Below are positions 1-11,500 of a stretch of 64,000 bases of DNA, one piece after another. A program made the position numbers and the translations under genes. A model generated the notes under the pieces. That model worked only from the letters and a program-made list of their open reading frames with translations, did no database searches and had not been told where the DNA came from. The stretch's first letter is position 1; every line of letters begins with the position of its first letter. The DNA is from Lingula anatina (taxonomy: Eukaryota; Animalia; Brachiopoda): assembly GCA_051362555.1 (NCBI GenBank), contig CM120645.1, positions 15,376,001 through 15,440,000 on the forward strand, given 5' to 3'.

Positions 1-632
1 AAATTTACCAAACAGACTGCATTGCCTACTGAAGCTGTATGTTAGACCCATGTTTCTTTCCTGTAAGTTTGAGAACACAAGTGACAAGATTTCCCTTAAA
101 TGGTCATCATAGGAGCAGTGCCCTAAATAGGGGTTTCTTCAAATTTTGATGCAGCGTTACATAATGTTTAACAGCATAATAACCATCAAATGTTATTAAT
201 AAAATATTAGTAACATGGACATTCAGAAAATGTGACAAGCAAAGGTCTTCAGGATCATGGAACTTCAAAGTCACACCTTGAAAATGCCAACATGTGAAAA
301 ATTAAATTTTCACAAAAAACTGTTTAACTGCCACAAAAAATTAGCAAACAGACTGCATTGCCTACTGAAGCTATATTTTAGTCCCATGTTTCTTTACTGT
401 AAGTTTGAAAACAGTAAGTGACATGATTTTCCTTAAATGGTCATCATGGGAGCAGTGCCCAAAATAGGGGTTTCTTCAAATTTTGATACAATATTACATA
501 ATGTTTAACAGCATAATGACCATCAATTTTTAATTATAAAATATTAGTATCACGGATATTCAGAAAATGTGACTAGCAAAGGTCTTCAGGCCCATGGAAA
601 TTCAAAGTCACATCTTGAAAATGCCAAAATGT
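1..632. repeat. Tandem repeat with ~336 bp period (about 2 copies visible, cut by window edge)
   Basis: AACAGACTGCATTGCCTACTGAAGCT starts at 11 and again at 347; similarity continues through GGTCATCAT..GAGCAGTGCCC and AAAGGTCTTCAGG to ~632. Confidence 0.9.
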
Positions 633-1029
633 AAACAAGACAGCACTGTTCTGAAATGGGTTTATTTCCATTTTTAACACTTTTTTAACATAAAAAAAAA
701 TAAACATTTTACTGCCATTTTTATATGACCAACTAAGAAAATTGATGAGATAGGAAAAGTATCAATAGAACAGTGTTAAATGTCCAATTTCCTCCATTCT
801 GAGATTCTGAACATAGTGGATGTTTGAATCTGACAAACTGCAATGATATGAGTTTATTTCCATTTTTGACACTTTATTACACAATACATGATAACAAGTT
901 TACCATGTTTTTTACATAATCAACTAACAATGTTGTAAAGATGCAGGAAATGTCAAACAAACACTTTTACACATCTTATTAGTTCAATAATGAGACTGTT
1001 AACATGCCTGATAATTGAATCTGAGGAAA

Positions 1030-1725
1030 TGTGAAAAAACAGTATAACTTCTAAAATAATGGCCCGATTATGCTGATTTTCGAACTCAACCTACATTTTA
1101 GTAAGATTGACCGCTCCTGTGAGTATAATGACAATTGGCCAATCCGTTTTTCTTATATTGTGTTATCAGTGTTGCATTTATATTGAAAAAAAAGTGAAAA
1201 AACAGCATAAATTCCCTAAAAATGGCCCAATCATGCTGATTTTCGAACTTGACCTGCGTATTATGAATATTCATCAGTTCTGTAAGTTTCAAGCCAAAAG
1301 GTAAAATGGATTTCCACTTCTCGTGTTATCGGTGCTGCATATATGCTGAAAAAAGTGAAAAAACTGCATAAATTCCCTAAAAATGGCCCGATCATGCTGA
1401 TTTTCGAACTTGACCTGCGTATTATGAATATTCATCAGTTCTGTAAGTTTCAAGTCAAAAGGTAAAATGGTTTTCCACTTATCGTGTTATCGGTGCTGCA
1501 TATATGCTGAAAAAAGTGAAAAACAGCATAAATTCCCTAAAAGTGACCTGATCATGCTGATTTTCGAACTTGACCTGCGTATTATGAATATTCATCAGTT
1601 CTGCAAGTTTCAAGTCAAAAGGTAAAATGGTTTTCCACTTATCGTGTTATCGGTAAAAGTGCACGGCGACGGCAGACGCAGATGATGGCTATATGTACAG
1701 ACACATCTGTGTCTGTACATAAAAA
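1030..1725 (+). mobile_element. Helentron/HINE-like non-autonomous element: ~161 bp internal tandem array ending in a hairpin and A-run
   Basis: Unit ATGCTGATTTTCGAACT recurs at ~1070, ~1233, ~1395 and ~1554. It is followed by a perfect 14 bp stem TATGTACAGACACA-tc-TGTGTCTGTACATA (1692-1721) and AAAAA. Family assignment is inferred from this architecture. Confidence 0.6.
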
Positions 1726-2551
1726 TCAGACTTATTTTTTCGGGCCTATTGTTTTACAAATGGATAGATCTATATCAAAACTGAAGAAAATAAAAATCTA
1801 AGCCCAGGAAAAAGCTTTAATTCTGTTGCTTTAGTGTTCAAGAAAGGCCCACACTGTAGACCTATTATACTCCCCCCTCCCCACTTAAAAAGTTAAATTC
1901 AACTTTTAAGCTTTATCATGAGTGGTGGCAATATCATGAGTGGTGGCAAAAGCTCAAATTTTTGTAGTAAGTTTGAAGACAAAAGGTCAAACAATTGCCT
2001 AATCTGAGTAGTTTATTAGTATTTCCCACATGTCATGCTAAAGTGGACATACATATACAAAAGGCCAGCCTTCAAACATCTTCCATACGTCAGTCCTGAA
2101 CAACTCTACAAAGTTGTTAGTAACTTCGTGAGGCCTTCATTTTTTCCTGCTGGTGTAAACTACTATGAAAACTTAGATTTCTATTAACCGTCATGTGCTG
2201 TTCAGTTGCCTTCATGTGACATTCTATAGATATATAGACATTGAACTTGAATCAGCTGTTGACTGGCTGTTGACCTATATGTACGGTAGTTCACTGCATG
2301 GTGTCAATTTAGGACAGTCTGATAGCAGCCTAACAAACTTATGCCTTGTCTGACCTAACCAGTTCATATCATAGTATCAATACACAGTGGACTTAACCTC
2401 AAAATAGTCCCTTAATACTTGGTGGAAGGATTTATGCTAATTAGACCACACCACAACTAGATTAATACAGCAGATCCACCCCACAAGAAGTCTAGGAACA
2501 TACAAAAAGTCATCAAGAGAAAATCCAGCACGTAGATCCCAATATTCTTAC

Positions 2552-5500
2552 CTGGCAGTGGTATATGTTTGTCCTCCATAGAAGTAAGTGCCTTCATTTT
2601 TTTGTCTACATTTCTTCTCGTATGCTTTAGGCTGTGGACCAGTATAACTGCAAAAGATTATCAAGATTTTGTCACGAGACTAGCAAAGTGAAAGTGGAAG
2701 TGGTAGCAAAATATTGATTTTAGTGGAAAAAAACAATAAAATAGATGTAAAATGAAATTAATAAGTAAATTACAATAAATAAGGCAGCAAAGGTACTCTG
2801 AATGTGCTTGTTTTAACAAATGTGTTTGTTATAACAAGTTAAAATGTAGTGGTGATAATGCTGTTCAACATAATATAAATTTGCTTTAAATTTGACAATA
2901 AAAAAAAATTTTGTGCATAATTTTTTTCCCTGCTTTATGTCTGTACATTTGACATCTTTGCTGCCTTGTTTGTATAGAGGTGGACAAAATATGCTGAAAA
3001 AAACAACAGCATAGCTTTTGGAAAAATTTTAGAAATATTATATCTTATAAATATCCATCAGTTCTGTGAGTTTGAAGACAAAAGATCAAACAATTGTATA
3101 ACTTGTCATCATAGAACTGGAGGTGCATCGTGACGGCAGATGCCTGATGACTATATGTACAGACATATCTGTATATAGGAATAAATTTTCTTTGTTTCAT
3201 TCTCTCTCTCTCTCACTCACTTTCTCACTCACTTTCTCTTGGATCAGAAGTGTATCTGACATGCACATGCTAAAAGTGATTCCTATGTCACTGTTGCAGG
3301 TATTCAAAATGGACACTTCCATATTACAGTACAAAGAAATAGTAGACCCAAGCTTCGCCTATCAACTGACAAATGGCATTCATCGTCTTAAGAAAAAGGC
3401 CTTTTTCTGCGATGTAACCATAGACGTTGCAGGGCAAAAATTTCCATGCCACAAAGTTGTTCTAGCTTCCATTTCAAATTATTTTGAAGCAATGTTTACA
3501 AGCCCTATGGCAGAGAGTAAATCTGCCGAAATAGAAATGAAAGATATGGAGCCCCTGGTGTTTGAAACCATATTAGACTTCATCTATTCAGGAAAGTGCA
3601 AGGTTTCCATTGAAAATGCACAAGCTGTTATAAAAGCAGCAAACATGCTTAAAATTTTGGCTTTAATCAAAATATGTGCCAAGTACATAGCAGAAAATTT
3701 AACAGTTCAAAATTGTTTTCATATTTGGCAGTTTGCTGATGCCATTGATTGCAGAGAGCTCATGCAGAGAAGCATGCACTTTTCCTTAGAAAATTTTTTG
3801 CAAGTTGCATCTCCTTTGGTGGCATCCCTGTCAAAAGTAAATCTTATTCAATTTATATCAAGTGATAGTTTGAATATTCAATCTGAAGACAACGTGGCTC
3901 AAATTGCTCTTCAGTGGATAGCGGCAGAACCAGAGAGAAAGACTGATGCTGTTGAGGTCCTCTCTCATGTTCGGTTCTCTTTGCTAAGTTCCCGATATTT
4001 GATGACACTTATGGACAATGAAATCATGAGAAATAATGGAGACATCATGAAGCTTCTCCGCCAAGCCCAGCTTTTCCAGTCAGACCCTACCATGTACTTT
4101 GAGTTACCATATCCCCAAGCATCACCAAGGCATTCCTTGAAAAGACGAGAGTATGTCCTACTTCTCAGCACAACAAATGATGGCACCTCTTTTTCTAGAC
4201 AGACTTCCCAGTTGGGCAATCCAAATTGGACATCTGTACAAACTGAACAATGGGGATTCAGACACGCAGCCATTTGCAGCAGTGCTGTGAACTCTGAGGT
4301 TTTTGTGTCTGGGGGAGAGTATAACCTGGAGAGATTGATCATGCACAAGGCTGAGCTTGGGCTCCAATGTCAAAGAAATCTTGCAACAATGCTGACTGGA
4401 AGGCAAAATCATACTATGGTAATACTTGATGGTTGTTTACATATTATAGGGGGTTTAGAAAGTCAGGTATATTCTAGGTCTTCCCAGCAAAATAACGGCA
4501 TAGTTTCCAAGATTGAAGTCTACAACATCCAGCAGAACAAGTGGAGACCAGCAGGTAATCTGCTCACTGGGGTTTGGCAGCATGCCTCTGTCTCTTTTCA
4601 AGATAAAGTCTACACCTTTGGAGGGACAACTGACAAATCTGGCTCTCTGAAAGATGCCACTAACAAGGTTCAGATATACTCCTCGCAAACAGGAGAATGT
4701 GTGCTGGGCCCAGAAATACCTGCAGCCATTTCCAAGTGCACTGCTACAGTGATGGAAGAGTCCATCTTTATCATTGGCTTGGAGGTAGAGATCAAGCCCC
4801 TGCCTAATTCTGAAGAACATGAAGAGGAACAGGATGATGATGAGGAAGTCTATGAAGAAAACCGAGTATTCTATCAGTTCAAGCCCCTAGATGGGGTGTG
4901 GATCAAACTCAACCCACCTACTAACGTAACTAACTCAGCTTTGTGTACATTCCATGGAAAAATCTGGAATATTGTGGTTGGTTCTGAGACCAAAGTGTAT
5001 TCCTACAATCTCCTGAGTGATGTATGGGAGAGCAATTCTGAAGACCCAGAAGATGCTGATGAATCAAATAATTTACCAAATTCAGTTAAATGCATGCAGA
5101 TAACATATTAGACAACTATGCATCCATGCTTTGACAATTAAAAAAAAAACTGCTGTAGGCTTCAATAGACATGGATTAAAGATAATTGTTTTTTGTTTAA
5201 AAGACAGGCTTTAGCTATTTTATTGTTCTCATGTCATTCTTTTATTTTGGATTGGTTATTAATTTGCGAAAATTTAAAGAAATCAAATCAATTTATTTTA
5301 CCTGATCCAGTAAAATTTTTATCTTTAACAAACAACAGGCAAAGCAAAACTTTTCGTGGTTCAATACCAAGCAGTAGTGAAGTGGGGCCAGTAATATTTA
5401 TCAAATCTATGTATTATTAGACCCACATGAACCAACGTCACCACTTAAACAATTTTTCAATGATCAGTTTGTATCCAAGTATTTTTCTTTACTTGACTAC

Positions 5501-8500
5501 AATAGTTGTTCTGATGTATTTTTGGTAAATGAAAATGTGTGTAGCATCAATACAAATGGGTTATTTATGTCTGCAAAAAATATCTGGTAAATTTCCGGAT
5601 CTTTCTTGTGGTGTTTCAAAATATAGACTTATGCTTTGTTACCATGGCGATCAACTTAAAATTTGGTAAATTTCATTAAGTTTCAGCCATTCTCGCCTTT
5701 CTTCATTGTCAGCTCTGGAGCTGGATCTATAATGCTTTTAAGTTAGAAACTTCCTCAAAGTTATGTGGCCAGACGATACCACAAGCAGAGCAACTTTTTG
5801 AGTCTCTTATGACCCAGTGGAGAGTAACCCAAGGCTTGTAAGACCTACTGTAAACTATTATGCCATATCGATACTTTTTTGCCATGTATAATAGTTGCAA
5901 GAATTTTGGAAGGTTTTGAACAGTTCCATTTCCAAGAGAGAAATCTTAAAAAAGGGACAGATCACTTGGAGATCACATTATAAAACCACTGCGACAGTTA
6001 TTTCCTGTACTAGGCAGTAGGCCAAATATTGCTTTTCTAAGTTGTGGCAAGCATAGTGTCTTAGCATTGAGCCAAAATTTGGGTGGTTTACATCTCAAAG
6101 ACATGCCAAGTTAAATCATATGAATAATCAATACTACAATTATCATATTACATTCTATAACTTTATTATATATTACATTCTATTACAATATATCATATAA
6201 ATGAACATGAGGTACAACCGTAGATGTAGTTTTTTTCAAAGAATTGTAATCACATACTGGTAGCCTTTATTAGTATTCACTTAAATCAATGTGAAAAAAA
6301 AAAGAAATTGTATTGACATTTTAAGCTTTTTACTTGCTGATTAACAAATTCCATTTTACAAGGACAGCTATTATATTGTTAACACCGAACTATTTCATGT
6401 TATCACTATCTGCTATCATGCAGTCCCCAAAAATTTAACTTGCTACTTGGCTTAAATTAAAAGAAGACTGGTAGCCTAGGCAGATTTCATGAAAAAAATG
6501 TTATTTCATGTAAAAAAAAGTGATAGTTCAACTTGCTAATGTTTTAAATAATTCACCTGTGTTAAGATTGCTCAGGGCTTATGAAGGCTTTATATCCTGA
6601 TGTTTTGAAATGTTAGTCCCTTTTTACATGATGTGCACTTGTGATGTGCTCTTAGCTGTATCGCAATGTTTTGACTGGTCCCCACATAATTATATTACTT
6701 GGGGGAGGGGGACATGCTATATGGGTGGATTCTGTTTAGATGACTTTCATACGTAAAAGCCAGTCTATTAATTGTTAACCCCTGAAATTGATGGCATGCA
6801 GAAAAGTGTACAACTTAATGGGAAAAGGGTCTTAAAATCTTTAATAACATGAAATATCTCTCTCCTCACCTTGCCTGGAGTTCAACTCTTTGTGAGCAGG
6901 TTTTCTTGTAGCCATATTGCACATGGTATGTACAGAATTCTCCTTGACTCCTGAAACCAGAAAAGAAACAAATGACGGTATCAAATATACTGTATTTTAA
7001 AGAAGCATGTATTTTTGTATCCATAGGTTATGTGGTATATACATGTCTCCACAGTGAAGACAGAGGGATATTTCAGAAGTGAACAGATTTTATTGATTAT
7101 TGATCGGTACTATAAACAGCTTAGTTCAATCTTTATTGTTATGGATTAGACCAGATGTATTTGTAGAAGTTTGCTTAATAAAACTTTAAATTCTCTCAAT
7201 GTTCTGGAAGTGCTTTTTTATCCAAACTAGCTTTTATCAGCTTAATCTTTTTTTCCGTATATAGTTTTTAAGAGACCTTAATTCAGAGAAATGTGTTCAA
7301 ATTTTATGAGGCGTGACTTTTTGATCCTTCATGAGGGCTTTGATCATGTCCGACTAATGTCCATAGAGCTCACACAGACAACACAGTCATGATCTAGGCT
7401 CTTTGATATTGGATCGAACCATCATGTCTCATACACAAAGAGCATGTGAGGTGTCTGTAGAAATGATTTACTTTTCTTACCATCATTATACACGAAACAA
7501 AGAAAAACCACCTAAAGTTTACTGTATTCACTTAAAACCAGTGGGCATGCAAATCTACTATTAATTCTTACTTGTTAATGAAGTTTGAGCAGTCCTGTCC
7601 AGATTTAGTTTTGGCTCTGCACCTCCCCATATCCTTGGACATTCCTAGCATCATCACTTTCTGATAGTTATCAACAGTGAAGCTGACATCGAAGGAATTT
7701 AGCTTCTAAAACATAAAATGTAAATCACTGTCATGTTTGTCCACCCTGTTAAAGTAACAGTAACGATGGAAGAATATTGGGATTAGTAACTGGGATAAAA
7801 ATTTGGAATATGCACATCATGATCATGTAAAGAATAATGGTTTCCTAAAGCCATAAGGGTTCATAAGTACTAGTGAATATGAACAACAGGCACAGGGACA
7901 TCAACCAAAAAGTGCTACTGTGACTACAGATTTTTAAAAAATAATTTTTTGCAATTTTTGAAAACTTGTTTAGATTTTTTCTTCTATCTCAGTACCACTT
8001 CAACTCAATAGTTACAAACACAGAGTTAAATCTTAACTGAGACAGAAGACAAAAAATGTGTATTCTCTGAAAATCTGGCATAACGCTTCACCTTTTCAGA
8101 AGCAGGCATTATTGAGGGGTTGAGCACAGCTATTACTTTCCCAGTCTCTGTCTTCCACAGGTGCTTGTAAACCTCTCCAAAGAGGAAAAATGACACAATT
8201 TTATCACAGTCCTCCAAGTCGCTCAGCTTCCAGATTACAAAATTTTTACCCTGAAAATAGCAATATGGAGTCTCTATGTATCATATGTCGAGTGTAAAAT
8301 GAAAAATTCATTTATTATAATCAAGACAATTTCTCTAAGTAACAAATATAACAGTTTAACCTTCACTTGTTATGTATGATTCAAGCATTTTTAAATTAGG
8401 ATGGACACCACCTTCCTCACGGTCAACTAAAAACCTTACAATTTTATTTTGGTTTCTAAGCAGAAAAAAAGTTAAATGATCATAATAACCCGAGAAATTT

Positions 8501-11500
8501 CTGTCTTCGACAAAAATATGAGTCAGGTTACTTACACATGCAATGTTGAGACATCATAACACGTTTTTTGGTCACATGGAATGCCACATCATTTAATATG
8601 CTCCCCTATATACAAGCAGCTTTAACCTATAGGACATATGACCCATGCCTTAATGTGTTGCCCACTACCCTGAATATGTGATTTGACACCGAGTTCTCAT
8701 ATGCAGTTAAATATGGTTTACATGTTTTCACTTTATATCAGAATTCTAGTAAACCACTTTCAGGGGCAGATCCAGAGATATTTTTGACAGTCTTCAAAAT
8801 TATCTTAGTTGAACCATCCTCCATTTTTGACCATCTTCCGACAGAAAAAACAAGATGGCTGTTAATGTAAACCTGAAAGCTTCCGACCATCTTCCAGAAG
8901 ACCCAGCAGACACTGACAGCCCCGTCCGCCCCTGACTTTGCAAGTACTTCGCATAGCACATGTATTGCATTATCTTCAAACAATCAAAACCCACACAAAC
9001 ACACACAACCAAATCAACCTTATTTCAATCCACAATACATACATTCCCACTCAGTCTTGTCTCTGACTTGGACACCACTACTCCTGTGGTGACCCAGTCA
9101 CCCTCCATCTCCCTGGTACCAACTCTACGGTGAACCTGAGACAGTTTAATCAGCCGCCGTCCATCCATGCGGGTCTTCAGAAGACTCGAGGAAATAAGGG
9201 GGTTACTGGAAGTAAAAAAAATGGCACCACTTCGGAGAACATCACTGAGCATAACTGACATTATTCCCAAATTTATCAATGTTTTTATAGTGTTGGGACA
9301 AAGCAGGTCCCCTAATTAAGGGAATTTTCTCATACAAATCTTAAATTTATTTAGAAAAACTTACATGACTCGTATTCCATTATATGAGTCGGCCTTGTCA
9401 TTGTCTACTTGTCTTGGCAAAGAGGTGGCGCCATCTGGTGTAGATTTTACAGCAGCTTTCCCTATGAAATAATATATAATTCACTAGGTAATCATGCTAT
9501 TAATTAAAAAATACCATGGCAAGAAATTAATGTCAGAGTGCTGGCTAATAATATTGTACAAAAATATGAAAAAATAATAAGAAAAAGTTTATAAAATTAT
9601 TATACTTATAAAATTTTAAGAATTTTATTTGATTCTCAATTGGTTTGATTAAAAAAATATACAAAATTCATGCTATTACAATGTAATTGCACCACAGAGA
9701 TTTCAGAGTTTGAATCAGCTGAGACATACAAGATTTGGATTCCTTTGCCTTAGGTATTGCACTCATGTCATATTTAGGATTGTGGGCTTGTCTCTCTCTT
9801 TGTCCTGTCTTGATTAGTTTCTTGATATCTTTGCCCTCTTTTGATAGGGAGTTTTTTTCACCTGAAACAATGCAACATACTTAAAAACCCAAGAGGACCT
9901 GTAAAATATCAATTTTTCATAAAAAATTAAAGCAAGAAATAAAAATAAAACACCTGAAAATGTCTTTATGAAAATGAATTTAGTGTCAATCTTGTTCAAT
10001 TGACGTATCAAACCTTGGTTTACAAGATAAATCTAAATAAACCTAATATACATTTTGTTCCTTCATAATCATCAAACTTATGCTAATAGTATATATAATA
10101 TAGTGCCTCAAGATGGATATAACTGCAATATGTGACCCTCAGCTTATTTGAGCTATTTCTTTTTTCATACAACAAAGAAAAACTCCAGTCGAGTTTCACT
10201 TCTCCCCGATGTGGCACTGTGGTCAAACTCACCATCCATCCCCTCCCAATCACTGTCGTCACTGTCTGGAAAAAACTTTTCATCAGTCTCAGCATTATCG
10301 GGTTTCTCCTCCATCGTCATCTCTTTTTTCAGCACATTTTTCTTAACAGATGTATTACTTAAAGTTTGTTTGGGTGAAACTACCCTCCCCTTTTCACCAG
10401 ATTCAGGAAAAAAGATGTTGTTGTCCAAGTCCTTTAACTGTCTGGGCTTAGCTGTGGAAATAATGAGACAAAAAAAATAGCACAACAAAGTTTTTTCAAA
10501 AGATTAAAAAAATAATGAATCAAACCAAATGTTATCATATAAAAATAGATAAAACTTTGTTTTATAATAAAATTAAATATAACTCTTATGTAACTCAAGA
10601 AACACTCAACAAAAATTCCAACCAAACAGCTTTTCAAGAGATGTATGTGCTCTATCTTGTATGATTAGTCACTCTGATATAATACCTTATAAGTCCATAG
10701 TGATCAGACGTATACATTACAATATTCAGTACAGACATAAACCTGGCGCTTTTCACCTTTCATTTTTTCTGATATCTGTACCGATTCTGGAGTAGCCTGT
10801 GAGTGGTTTTTAAGTTGTTCTTCCATAAGTCTCATCTTTTCTTTCATTCTTGCTAGCTCAGCTAAAAGTGCAATTTTTTCTAAGTTTGTATCGCAAAGTG
10901 AAATTTTGACTATAAGGTACTTCTAACAAAGACATTTTGAGAACTTTGTAAAAAAATCTTGAGAGGAGAAACAAATCAGAATTTAAATGAGCAAAAAATC
11001 AATTTTATATGGCATTGCACGACAAATTTAAAACCTATTTGATAATTGGATGTGTAGAATAATTGATAATTCAATTAAAATGTGACTGTATAACTCTGAA
11101 ATGCCATACCTGCAAGATCTTCTTTGTCTGAAATGTCAGTCTTTTTCTCTTTCTCCTCCTGGTTGTTTAAAGGTTTGGACATGAACTCTTTATTTGTATC
11201 TCTCTGAGTAACTAAAAAAATCATTAAAACACTATCAACCAAAACAACATCTCCTTACCATAAAATGATGATAGCTAAGACAGTTGTATTATTCGACAAG
11301 TATTCAATAAGAAGTGATGCATCAATTTGTTTTCAAAACAAATCTCTCTTATTTCTAACGGTCTACATTATGATAATAATAAAAAAAAAATGTTGTAATT
11401 TGTGAGGAAAATCACTGATCCAAGAATAGGTATACACACGAGCACAGAAAGCTGATCAATATCAACTCAGAAAGGGGTGTTGCATAGGAAGTGGATGGTG

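Noticed and set aside
1040-1655. Regular repeats resembling a CRISPR array; ORFs 1098-1292 and 1107-1304
   Set aside because: Whole units repeat with no unique spacers, the context is eukaryotic, and the ORFs are repeat-derived.
2050-2165. Possible next MCM10 exon
   Set aside because: Acceptor- and donor-like sites exist, but the required frame hits a stop and shows no MCM10 similarity.
3123-3308. First 62 residues of the 662 aa ORF
   Set aside because: Starts at GTG within a repeat relic and a CT-rich tract; an acceptor at 3299 and ATG at 3309 fit better.
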